This document shows positions 7,600 through 15,468 of a stretch of DNA of 32,000 nucleotides, one piece after another. The stretch lies in contig NZ_CP007536.1 of assembly GCF_000698785.1 (NCBI RefSeq), forward strand, positions 2,430,001-2,462,000. The letters run 5' to 3'. Every line of letters begins with the position of its first letter. Within the stretch, counting starts at the first letter, position 1. The notes beneath the pieces were generated by a model. It did not search any database and was not told where the DNA came from. It worked only from the letters and a program-made list of their open reading frames with translations. Source of the DNA: Nitrososphaera viennensis EN76. Lineage in GTDB: Archaea; Thermoproteota; Nitrososphaeria; Nitrososphaerales; Nitrososphaeraceae. Both the position numbers and the translations under genes were made by a program.

Positions 7600-9006
7600 C
7601 TAGCTCACTGTCTTTCTTGCTTCTGCTCCCGTCACTGTCGATTGACAAGGTGTCAGCAGCGGCATCTTGCCAATGAGCAGCTCTTTACCTTTGACAGGTG
7701 CGACGTACTGTACCCACATCTGCATGAATGTGGCGAGCATCTCTTGATTGTTCTTCGTGACAGTCTCCTTAAGCTGTGCCACCTCCTCTTTCAGGTTGTT
7801 CTCTTCTGCCATCTGCTCTTCAAGCGCCTGTCTAGTCAGTGCATATCCGCACTTCTGGCATTGCCTGAACTCAAGCGCGTTTACAGTCTCGCACCGTGGA
7901 CATGGGCGATTGAGGGGAGCAGGCTCATCTTCTTCTGTAATAATGCCATCGTGGACAAGGATTGCTTTCTCTACCTCTTCGCTCAGCGTCATTGCCATAT
8001 AGCGGCCTGCCTGCTTGCTATTTGGAACCCATCTGACCTTTTGAGTAAGAGCGTACGAGGGCAGGTATGTGGCGTCATGACGGATTGCTGAATGACGGAA
8101 ACAATACGGATTCCACCTTTTCGTTTTCAAGAGAAGTTCAAGCTTTTGGACTTCTTTTTCATCCTTAATCTTGCCTGCGGCGAGCATGGCCTTGATGCTC
8201 TTTCTCAAGTTGTTGGTGATTTTCCAGAGATAGTCCGGGTCAAGAGGGTCTCCAAGTGTCCCACCGCGCTTCATGTTGCAGAGAAGCGGCGCGTTAGGGT
8301 CATCCTTGAATGGGTGCTCATTCTTCCATGCGAGGAGGTAGGGGAACGACATTCTAAGAAGTACGGGCCCGCCTCCCGTCTTGGTGTTGCTTGGGATCTC
8401 TGCTCGTGCATGTTTCTGAAAGTACTGGACGTGCTTGTTCATCATTTTGCAGAGCTCGTGGTTCCTACCGTCCATATCCCAGAGCATAGCGATGGCCGCT
8501 TTGTTGCGTGCTAAAGGTTCGTACGGTAGAATTACCAACACTTCTTCTCTTTTCCAAGTTTCGTTTATGGCGTATGTGCTTTTGCGCTTTGTACGCATCT
8601 TCTTTATCTTGCAAAACTCGGGTGTTTTCCAGTCTTCGATTGGCACCTCATCGGGTCGCTTGCCGGGTATCTTGACGTTGTGCAGCCAGCGGAAGAAGTG
8701 CTTTAACCTGTTCAAATAGTCGTTGTACGTCGTTTTCCATGCCTCTTCATCTGGCGAGCCCCTGTACTGCTTCAGGAAGTTCAAGATATCCTCCTGATCT
8801 TTGATGCTAAGGAGCGTCTTGCTCTTGCTTGTCTTGGACAGCCAAGCTGTAAAATACGTCACTGCCTTCAGGTTGTTTTTCCGGTAACTCTCTGAAGCGA
8901 GATTGTGGTCCATGAAGGCATCGAAATCGTGGATCAGCTTTGCATTTGTCCTATTCCTGACCGCGGTGTCAACCTTGGCTTGGACTGTCTTGAGAGTCAC
9001 CGGCAT
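7600..9006 (-). CDS. Tyrosine recombinase (integrase) with a C-terminal zinc-ribbon/coiled-coil extension
   Basis: 468 aa with an ATG start. It has an N-terminal SAM-like core-binding region and the C-terminal catalytic signature ...NPYCFRHSAIRHDATY...KQAGRYMAM. It lies next to and in the same orientation as tRNA-Lys. Confidence 0.85.
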   Translation of the reverse strand: MPVTLKTVQAKVDTAVRNRTNAKLIHDFDAFMDHNLASESYRKNNLKAVTYFTAWLSKTSKSKTLLSIKDQEDILNFLKQYRGSPDEEAWKTTYNDYLNRLKHFFRWLHNVKIPGKRPDEVPIEDWKTPEFCKIKKMRTKRKSTYAINETWKREEVLVILPYEPLARNKAAIAMLWDMDGRNHELCKMMNKHVQYFQKHARAEIPSNTKTGGGPVLLRMSFPYLLAWKNEHPFKDDPNAPLLCNMKRGGTLGDPLDPDYLWKITNNLRKSIKAMLAAGKIKDEKEVQKLELLLKTKRWNPYCFRHSAIRHDATYLPSYALTQKVRWVPNSKQAGRYMAMTLSEEVEKAILVHDGIITEEDEPAPLNRPCPRCETVNALEFRQCQKCGYALTRQALEEQMAEENNLKEEVAQLKETVTKNNQEMLATFMQMWVQYVAPVKGKELLIGKMPLLTPCQSTVTGAEARKTVS

Positions 9007-9099
9007 CGGGTGGGTCTACCTCCGCGAGTGCTTCTTGCACTATTTAGGATTCGCCGCTGCTTCTTCTCGTTCGGCAACTGGCTAACAGTAGAACCAGAC

Positions 9100-9104
9100 A
9101 AAAA
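9100..9104 (-). terminator. T5 run immediately after the tRNA-Lys 3' end
   Basis: The minus strand reads ...CGGGCCC-G-CTTTTTG. Oligo-T tracts act as archaeal termination signals. Confidence 0.35.
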
Positions 9105-9105
9105 G

Positions 9106-9199
9106 CGGGCCCGTCGGGATTCGAACCCGAGACAACCGGATTTCTTTCTTTTGTAGAAAGTTAAAAGTCCGGTACTCTACCTGGCTGAGCTACGGGCCC
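9106..9199 (-). tRNA. tRNA-Lys (anticodon UUU) with a ~20-nt intron at the canonical 37/38 position; CCA not encoded
   Basis: Hand fold: acceptor GGGCCCG/CGGGCCC, D arm GCTC..GAGT, anticodon stem CCGGA/TCCGG, loop CTTTTAA, intron CTTTCTACAAAAGAAAGAAA, T arm TCGGG-TTCGAAT-CCCGA, discriminator G. Confidence 0.9.
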
Positions 9200-9291
9200 A
9201 CACCCGCACGTAACGCTTGCGCTGGGCTTAATTTAATGGTATTTCAACAAGGACCAGCACCTTTAATTGTGACGCTCCTGATACACCTATA

Positions 9292-10257
9292 ATGGTAGAC
9301 CTAGTCTACGGCAGGGGCATTACTGACCTTGCCCGCGAGATGCCCTTTTACATCAGCATTTTCAAAAAGATCATCGCTTATCGCCTCTTCAAGAGCAAGC
9401 AGCCGATGTACGGCTCTGTAGACGTCAACAACATCTGCAATTTGCACTGCACGCACTGCTACTGGTGGCTCAACCGCAAGGAGGGCGAGGACCTCACCGC
9501 TGAGGACTGGCGCAAGATAATCAAGGAAAAGATAAACAAGAACCACCTCTTTGTCGTGACCCTTGTCGGGGGCGAGCCTACCATGCGCCCCGACGTCATC
9601 CAGACCTTCTGCGAAGAGATGCCGCACCGCGTCTGCGTTGTGACAAACGCCACCTTCCCGCTAAAGCGCTTTGAGAACCTCTATTTCTACTGGGTCTCGA
9701 TGGACGGGACGGAAAAGATCCACGACATGATACGCGGCAAGGGCTCGTACGCCAAGACGAGGCAGAACATCCTCGACTACGTAGCCGGGCCAGACAGGCG
9801 GGGCAAGCCGGCGTGGAAGGACATCTGGATCACCATGACGATAAACTCGCAGAACTACATGACCGTGGAAGACCTGACGGAGGAGTGGCGCGGAAAGGTG
9901 AACAAGATAGGGTTCCAGTTCCACACGCCGTTTGCAAAGGGCGACCCTCTGTTCATGCCCTTTGGAGAAAAGCGCAGCGAAGTGGTGGACAAGATAATCG
10001 CGCTCAAGAAAAAGTACCCCGACTTTGTGATAAACTCGCCAAAGCAGATCTCTCTCATGAAGGGCAACTGGGGCGGCATCGGGACGACCCCCGTGGACTG
10101 CCCGTCGTGGGCCATCATGTCGTTTGACCACATGGGGCGCATAAAGATGCCCTGCTGCATCGGAAGCGCGGATCCAAAGGCGCAAAAGCCGCTCTGCGAA
10201 GAGTGTGGCCTCGGCTGCTATTCCATCCTTGTCGCGCAGGGTATAGTCGGCAACTAG
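9292..10257 (+). CDS. Radical SAM protein with a Cys-rich (SPASM-like) C-terminus
   Basis: Has a CNLHCTHCYW (CxxxCxxC) cluster motif, a GGEPTMRP glycine-rich motif and the C-terminal segment CPSW...PCCIGS...CEECGLGC. Confidence 0.85.
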   Translation: MVDLVYGRGITDLAREMPFYISIFKKIIAYRLFKSKQPMYGSVDVNNICNLHCTHCYWWLNRKEGEDLTAEDWRKIIKEKINKNHLFVVTLVGGEPTMRPDVIQTFCEEMPHRVCVVTNATFPLKRFENLYFYWVSMDGTEKIHDMIRGKGSYAKTRQNILDYVAGPDRRGKPAWKDIWITMTINSQNYMTVEDLTEEWRGKVNKIGFQFHTPFAKGDPLFMPFGEKRSEVVDKIIALKKKYPDFVINSPKQISLMKGNWGGIGTTPVDCPSWAIMSFDHMGRIKMPCCIGSADPKAQKPLCEECGLGCYSILVAQGIVGN

Positions 10258-10892
10258 GGAAGGAGGAGCGCAAGCGCCCTCACGGGCGAGCCCGATGCGC
10301 CCGCCAGCTTTAACGGCGCTACAACCAGCGTGAACCTCTTCTTTTTTCCTATCTTGTCAAGGTTGCAGAGGTTCTCGACGGCAAGCACGCCTGCCTGCAG
10401 GAGGATGTTGTGCGCCGTGAATTTTCCGTCAAAGCCGGCGTCGATGCTCGGGCCGTCTATTGCCACCGCATTAACTTTGTTCTTTGCAAGGTACGCCGCA
10501 GCCTTGCCTGACAGGCCCGGGTTTTTCGTCATGTAATGGCTGTTTTTGTATTGCCGCTCCCAGCCTGTGGCAAACACCACCGTGTCACCCTGCCTGACCT
10601 CCTCTGAGATGTCGGCGATCTCGATGAGCTGGTCTGCCTTTTTTGGCACTTTTATCAACACCGCTTGCGAAACCAGCCTTGACGCGGAAATGCCGTCTAT
10701 CGCCTGCTTGCCGGGCGCAAAATGCGAGGGCGCGTCCATGTGCGTGCCGGTGTGGGTGCTCATGTGCACCACCTCCGAATCATAGCCGTGCACGTCAAAC
10801 CTGGACCATGCGACAAACGTCGGCTGCGGCGAGCCGGGAAACACCTTGGTTACCGGTGACACCCTCATCGTGAGGTCAATTACCTCCATCAT
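10254..10892 (-). CDS. Cyclase-family protein (kynurenine formamidase-like)
   Basis: The motif HMSTHTGTHMDAPSHF matches HxGTHxDxPxH. ATG lies at 10892 or 10889; the track start 10937 is TTG. It overlaps the convergent radical SAM gene by 4 nt. Confidence 0.8.
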   Translation of the reverse strand: MMEVIDLTMRVSPVTKVFPGSPQPTFVAWSRFDVHGYDSEVVHMSTHTGTHMDAPSHFAPGKQAIDGISASRLVSQAVLIKVPKKADQLIEIADISEEVRQGDTVVFATGWERQYKNSHYMTKNPGLSGKAAAYLAKNKVNAVAIDGPSIDAGFDGKFTAHNILLQAGVLAVENLCNLDKIGKKKRFTLVVAPLKLAGASGSPVRALALLLP

Positions 10893-10995
10893 CTTCACTA
10901 CGCCTTTTCCTCGCAAGCCCTGGTTAATAAGCAGCAAAGAACCCTTCTCATGCTGCCCGCGGTTTGTTTAATAACTTGGGACACGCAAGGAATGC

Positions 10996-11247
10996 ATGCC
11001 AACAGCATACGTCCTTATCAACTGCGACCTTGGTTCTGAAGAAGACATCATAAGGGACCTGAAAAAGCTGCCGGAAGCAGTGGAGGTGAGCGGCGTGTAT
11101 GGCGTGTATGACATCATCGCCAAGATACGCTCTGATAGCATGGACAAGCTGCGTGAAACCATCACTTGGCACGTCCGAAAGATAGACAAGGTGCGCTCCA
11201 CCCTGACCATGATAGTGATAGAGGGCCAGGGCGAGAAGAAAAAGTAA
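10996..11247 (+). CDS. Stand-alone Lrp/AsnC-type ligand-binding (RAM) domain protein
   Basis: 83 aa, AYVLINCDLGSEEDIIRDLKKLPEAVEVSGVYGVYDIIAKI...STLTMIV, with the typical RAM beta-alpha-beta-beta-alpha-beta pattern. It is a paralogue of 16732-16962. Confidence 0.75.
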   Translation: MPTAYVLINCDLGSEEDIIRDLKKLPEAVEVSGVYGVYDIIAKIRSDSMDKLRETITWHVRKIDKVRSTLTMIVIEGQGEKKK

Positions 11248-11250
11248 TAG

Positions 11251-12432
11251 CTACTGCAACAGCAGCGCCTTTATCTGGGCCGCAATTGTTGCGGCCTGGG
11301 CCTCTGTGTTGAAAAAGTGGGGCGCGGCCCTGATTATCTTTCTTCCACCTGCAACCTCGCGCTCGGCAAGCACCGTTCCGCTTTCTTCTTCCAGCTTCCT
11401 CACTATCATCGAAGGGTCCTTTGGCACCGAAAACGTGACTATGGACGTGCGCTTGCTCACGTCTTGCGGCCCGTGCAGCGTGACGCCCTCGATCCTGCCG
11501 AGCTCTTGCCGCAGGGCCTCTGCAACCTTCATGTTCGCAGAGCGTATGTTGTCGATGCCGACGCGAAGGATGTAGCGCAGAGCTGCTTCAAGGCCAGCCG
11601 CGCCAGGATAGTTTCTAAAACCTGTCTGCAGCCGGTGAGGCATACCCCTGATGGCGATAATGCTGCTGTTGTTGCCTGAAACCATGGCCGACTCGCCTCC
11701 AATCGAGGGCGGCTCTAGCATCTCTGCGGCCTTTTTGCTGCAATACAATATTCCCATGCCCATCGGCCCGCAGAGCCACTTGAAGCCGGGAAACGCCATA
11801 AAGTGGCAGCCGATCTTTTTGACGTCTATCCTGATTGTGCCGGCAGTCTGCGCAGCGTCCACGCAAAACAGGGCGTTGTTTTCCTCTGTTATCCTGCCGA
11901 CCTCTTCAAGTGGCATAATCGCGCCCGTGTTGTACAGCGCGTGGCTCATCGTGACAAGCCTGCTTTTCCTGGCGGCTTTTTCCAGTTCATCCAGATCGAA
12001 AAAGCCGTTTTCGTCTATCGCAAGCTCTTTCAATACCATGCCTCTTTGTTGCGACAGGCGCAGCCAGGGCAAATAGTTGGCAGGGTGCTCGTGCTTGCCT
12101 CCCCTTGCGATTATCGTGTCGCCTTTTTGCCACGAAATCCCGTTTGCGACGATGTTGATGCCCTCCGTTGTGCTCTGGGTAAGGACCACTTCTTCCGGCT
12201 CGCAGTTTATCAGGTGCGCCACCCGCGTCCTCAATTCTTTCAGCAGCAAAGTGATATAGTCGGAAGTCGCCTGCGCGTCCGGTCCCTCGTCGGCGCACTT
12301 TACCATAAAGTCCGTCGTGGCCTTGACCACGGCAAGCGGTGTCGGTGCCACTGCTCCGTTGTTCATGTATATCATCTTCTTTGTTATCGGAAAGTCCGTC
12401 CTCAAGTCGGGCGCGTCCGGGGCCACTGTCAT
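11251..12432 (-). CDS. Class V aminotransferase-fold PLP enzyme (cysteine desulfurase/selenocysteine lyase-like)
   Basis: The start MTVAPDAPDLRTDFPITKKMIYMNNGAVAPTP is typical for the family. The PLP-lysine context is AFPGFKWLCGPMGMGILY. ATG lies at 12432; the longer track ORF adds an implausible N-terminus. Confidence 0.85.
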   Translation of the reverse strand: MTVAPDAPDLRTDFPITKKMIYMNNGAVAPTPLAVVKATTDFMVKCADEGPDAQATSDYITLLLKELRTRVAHLINCEPEEVVLTQSTTEGINIVANGISWQKGDTIIARGGKHEHPANYLPWLRLSQQRGMVLKELAIDENGFFDLDELEKAARKSRLVTMSHALYNTGAIMPLEEVGRITEENNALFCVDAAQTAGTIRIDVKKIGCHFMAFPGFKWLCGPMGMGILYCSKKAAEMLEPPSIGGESAMVSGNNSSIIAIRGMPHRLQTGFRNYPGAAGLEAALRYILRVGIDNIRSANMKVAEALRQELGRIEGVTLHGPQDVSKRTSIVTFSVPKDPSMIVRKLEEESGTVLAEREVAGGRKIIRAAPHFFNTEAQAATIAAQIKALLLQ

Positions 12433-12490
12433 TGTTATATTCTCCTTCCTCGATAGGTTTTTGCAATTGGGCGCATATAATCTTGCCCGC

Positions 12491-13108
12491 ATGTTGAGCA
12501 AAAAGGGCCTCAACACACTCCTTTTCAGCGACCCGTACGCCAAGCTGTGCTGCACCTCGATGCTCGCCGGGCAGGGAAACAACGTGGTCTATTTCGACCT
12601 TGATACCACGTTTTCCGCGTACCTGAAGGCCGGCATCGTAAAGGCGCAGGGCGTAGACGTCTACCTGCCTTCAGAGGGCAGGTTCATCGGGATGCTAAAG
12701 GATGTCCTGGCAAAGATGGAAGAAGATGAAAAAAAGAAGAAGTGCTCCCTTGTCATCTTTGACTCGATAAACAGCTTTTACACGATGTACTACGGCAGCT
12801 ACTACAGGAGCCATAGCAGCGAAAGAGGGGCGGGCGGCAACATCAACCACCTACTGTCGGTACTCCTGATGCTGCTCGTGAGGCAGGGAGTGTCGCTTGG
12901 CGTGCCAGTGCTTGCGACCAGCATGCTCCGCTTCCGCAAGGAAGGCGGGTGGAAGCAGTCGCCGGCAAGCCGGCGCCTGTTGCAGAAAAAGAGCGCGTCA
13001 CGCCTGCAAGTCAACCGCGTCGAAAACGAGATAATCGTACAAGTGCTGGAGCATGAAAAGATTCCTGAAGGGACGTCGCTTTCCTTTGAAATTACAGCTT
13101 TACGTTGA
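12491..13108 (+). CDS. RecA/KaiC-superfamily-like protein with a degenerate Walker A
   Basis: From ATG 12491 the protein reads LLFSDPYAKLCCTSMLAGQGNNVVYFDLDTTF...SLVIFDSINSFY. The layout is RadB/KaiC-like with a Walker-B-like hhhhDS, but SDPYAKL replaces GxxGxGKT. Confidence 0.5.
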   Translation: MLSKKGLNTLLFSDPYAKLCCTSMLAGQGNNVVYFDLDTTFSAYLKAGIVKAQGVDVYLPSEGRFIGMLKDVLAKMEEDEKKKKCSLVIFDSINSFYTMYYGSYYRSHSSERGAGGNINHLLSVLLMLLVRQGVSLGVPVLATSMLRFRKEGGWKQSPASRRLLQKKSASRLQVNRVENEIIVQVLEHEKIPEGTSLSFEITALR

Positions 13109-13424
13109 CTAGCAGGTAGCCTATCATCAGCGCCACTGCGACGATGCCAAGGCCGCCAGCAAGCATGACCTTTTGCGCCCTTGCCCCTGCAGACTTGCCC
13201 GCCCTGTGGAGCATAAACATGCCTGCAAGCCCTATCACAAGTATCAGGGTTATTGCGGCAGTTTCGCCCGGCGTCTGAATCGACCTTGACGGCACGATAA
13301 ACGCCGCCACTCTCGAGCCCTCCGTCACGGCGTTTACCACGCCTGACGAGAGCACAAAGAACGCGATGATGTATCCGGCCGCCACAATTGCGGCAACCTT
13401 TGAAGCGCCGGCAAACAGAGACAT
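13092..13424 (-). CDS. Small integral membrane protein (about 3 TM helices)
   Basis: An internal ATG at 13424 gives MSLFAGASKVAAIVAAGYIIAFFVL...ITLILVIGLAGMFML...LAGGLGIVAVALMIGYLLV. The upstream part of the track ORF is non-hydrophobic and Arg/Pro-rich, so it is probably not coding. Confidence 0.5.
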   Translation of the reverse strand: MSLFAGASKVAAIVAAGYIIAFFVLSSGVVNAVTEGSRVAAFIVPSRSIQTPGETAAITLILVIGLAGMFMLHRAGKSAGARAQKVMLAGGLGIVAVALMIGYLLVNVKL

Positions 13425-13468
13425 ATCTATTGCAACCCTTAAAGTCGGGTCGATAAATAAACTTTGCA

Positions 13469-13702
13469 ATGAAAAAGTGCGCCGCCTGCGCAAGGGAGTC
13501 TGGCGACGGCAGAAAATACTGCAGGTACCATGCAAAGGCTCTTGAGCAACTGAAGAGCCACTATGATTCTTGGGTGGAGGCATACGGCGGCATTTCGTGG
13601 CAGGACTATTTGCAAAGACTGCAAAAGATGGAAGAAGAAACAACAGGGCAGTGGGTCAGAGAAGTCATTGAAGCGGAAATGAAAAAGAAAGAAGAAGTGT
13701 AG
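13469..13702 (+). CDS. Small zinc-finger-like protein (CxxC...CxxH)
   Basis: 77 aa, MKKCAACARESGDGRKYCRYHAKAL..., with an ATG start in an intergenic position between convergent and divergent neighbours. Confidence 0.45.
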   Translation: MKKCAACARESGDGRKYCRYHAKALEQLKSHYDSWVEAYGGISWQDYLQRLQKMEEETTGQWVREVIEAEMKKKEEV

Positions 13703-13728
13703 TAGTAGTGGGGTGGGGCCGGACACTA

Positions 13729-15393
13729 TTACATGTCCATGCCCATTCCGCCCATGCCGCCACCCATGCCTCCTCCCGGCGGCATAGCCGGCGCGCCTCC
13801 CGACTTGCTTGAGGCGATCACGTCATCGATCCTGAGGATCATAGACGCGGCCTCTGTCGCAGACTTGATTATCTGCTCCTTGACAGCAAGCGGCTCGACG
13901 ACATCGAGTTTTGACATGTCAGCGACCTTGGCGTTCCTTGCATCTACGCCGGTCCACTTGCTTCCCTTGCTCTGCTTGGCGCGAAGTTCAGTCAGCGTGT
14001 CAATCGGGTCCATGCCGGCGTTCTCGGCAAGCGCAAGCGGTATTACTTCAAGCGCCTCCGCAAATTTCTCTGCGGCAAGCTGCTCCCTGCCAGAGAGCGT
14101 GCTGGCCCACTCGCGAAGCCTTGCTGCTGCATAGGCCTCTGGAGCGCCTCCGCCTGCCACGATGGCCGGCTTTTCAAGGACGTCCTTGGCAACCATGAGC
14201 GCGTCGTGGACCGACCTGTCGGCCTCGTCTACAACGCGTTGCGAGCCTCCGCGGATGAGGATCGTCACGGACTTGGGGTGCTTGCACCCTTCGATGAACA
14301 CCCACTTGTCCGTCTCTACCTTGCGCTCCTCCACAAGCTCGGCAGAGCCAAGGTCCTTTGACGTCAGGTCGTCAAGGTTGTTGACGATCCTTGCGCCTGT
14401 CGCGCGGGACATTTTCGTCATGTCGCTTTCCTTCACGCGCCTTACAGTGAGGACGCCTGCCTTTGCAAGGTAGTGCTGGGCGATGTCGTCGATTCCCTTC
14501 TGGCAGACAACCACGTTTGCGCCTGCCTTGACCACCTTGTCGACCATGTCCTTGAGCATCTTGTTTTCCTCCTCAAGGAACATCTTCATCTGGTCTGGCG
14601 AGCTGATGTTTATCTTGGCGTCAAACTCGGTCTTTTCAATCTCCAGCGCGGCGTTTATCAGCGCAATCTTGGCCTTCTCGACGCGCTTTGGCATGCCGCC
14701 ATGCACTACTTCCTTGTCAAGCACGATGCCTTTTATCATCTTGGTGTCGCGGATGGAGCCTCCCGCCTTCTTTTCCACCTTGATGTCGTCAACGTCCATC
14801 CTGAATCCGCCGTCGGTCTTTTCCGCCACGGAGAGCGCCGCGTTTACCACTATTGCGGCAAGGTCGTCAGCCTCCCTCGACACTATCTTGGTCTGCATCG
14901 ATGTCCTTGCAATCCTGGCAAGCTCGTCCTTCTCGTTGCCCTCGATCTTTTGCGCGATGCTGTTGAGGACTTCGATGGTCTTGGCCGCGCTCTTGCGGTA
15001 GCCATCTACGATTATTGTCGGGTGGACGTCCTTGTTGATGAGCTCTTCTGCCTTTTCAATGAGGGCGCCTGCAAGCACGACCACCGAGGTTGTGCCGTCG
15101 CCGACCTCGTTGTCTGTAGCCTTGCTTATCTCGACCATCATCTTTGCCGCCGGGTGCTGCACGTCGATCTCCTTCAAGATGGTGGCGCCGTCGTTGGTGA
15201 TGGTGACGTCTCCGAGGCTGTCCACTAGCATCTTGTCCATGCCGCGTGGGCCAAGCGAGGTCCTGACTACCTCCGCGATGAGTTTTGCCGCCGTGATGTT
15301 ATTCTTCTGGGCGTCGCGACCCTTCGTCTGGGACGCTCCCTCTTTCAAAATCAGTACTGGCATTCCGCCTGCTGAAGCTTGTTGTATTGACAT
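13729..15393 (-). CDS. ths: Thermosome subunit (group II chaperonin)
   Basis: Carries LGPRGMDKML, ITNDGATIL, VGDGTTS and a C-terminal GGMGGGMGGMGMDM tail, over 554 aa. Confidence 0.97.
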   Translation of the reverse strand: MSIQQASAGGMPVLILKEGASQTKGRDAQKNNITAAKLIAEVVRTSLGPRGMDKMLVDSLGDVTITNDGATILKEIDVQHPAAKMMVEISKATDNEVGDGTTSVVVLAGALIEKAEELINKDVHPTIIVDGYRKSAAKTIEVLNSIAQKIEGNEKDELARIARTSMQTKIVSREADDLAAIVVNAALSVAEKTDGGFRMDVDDIKVEKKAGGSIRDTKMIKGIVLDKEVVHGGMPKRVEKAKIALINAALEIEKTEFDAKINISSPDQMKMFLEEENKMLKDMVDKVVKAGANVVVCQKGIDDIAQHYLAKAGVLTVRRVKESDMTKMSRATGARIVNNLDDLTSKDLGSAELVEERKVETDKWVFIEGCKHPKSVTILIRGGSQRVVDEADRSVHDALMVAKDVLEKPAIVAGGGAPEAYAAARLREWASTLSGREQLAAEKFAEALEVIPLALAENAGMDPIDTLTELRAKQSKGSKWTGVDARNAKVADMSKLDVVEPLAVKEQIIKSATEAASMILRIDDVIASSKSGGAPAMPPGGGMGGGMGGMGMDM

Positions 15394-15468
15394 TTTTCAT
15401 ATTCCTCCTAAAATAGGCAAAATAATTTCACCTTTGGCGGATATTTTAGCCTTGCGACGATATTCGGA

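Larger units (their letters stand above)
1..9105. mobile_element. Partial integrated mobile genetic element abutting the 3' end of tRNA-Lys; the left boundary is not identified and probably lies outside the window
   Basis: An intact tyrosine recombinase gene starts 99 bp from the tRNA 3' end. The region also holds a ParB-like gene, a HEPN gene, low-complexity ORFans, a decayed gene and AT-rich intergenic blocks (3726-4083, 5345-6380). No housekeeping genes are present. Confidence 0.6.

Noticed and set aside
1-9000. A second (attL) copy of the tRNA-Lys 3' segment inside the window
   Set aside because: I scanned by eye for the TTCGAACCCGAG/GGGCCCG-type strings and found none. This is not definitive without a computed alignment, so the element's left end stays unassigned.
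9301-10185. ORFs antisense to or out of frame with the radical SAM gene (108, 64, 174, 104 and 101 aa)
   Set aside because: The plus-strand 321-aa frame carries the CxxxCxxC and SPASM-like motifs. The others are shadow ORFs.
11306-12490. ORFs antisense to the class V aminotransferase (89, 120, 141, 217 and 60 aa) and the 58-codon N-terminal extension of the RecA-like ORF (12317-12490)
   Set aside because: The aminotransferase frame is motif-supported. The extension overlaps the divergent aminotransferase 5' end and encodes an implausible hydrophobic, low-complexity peptide.
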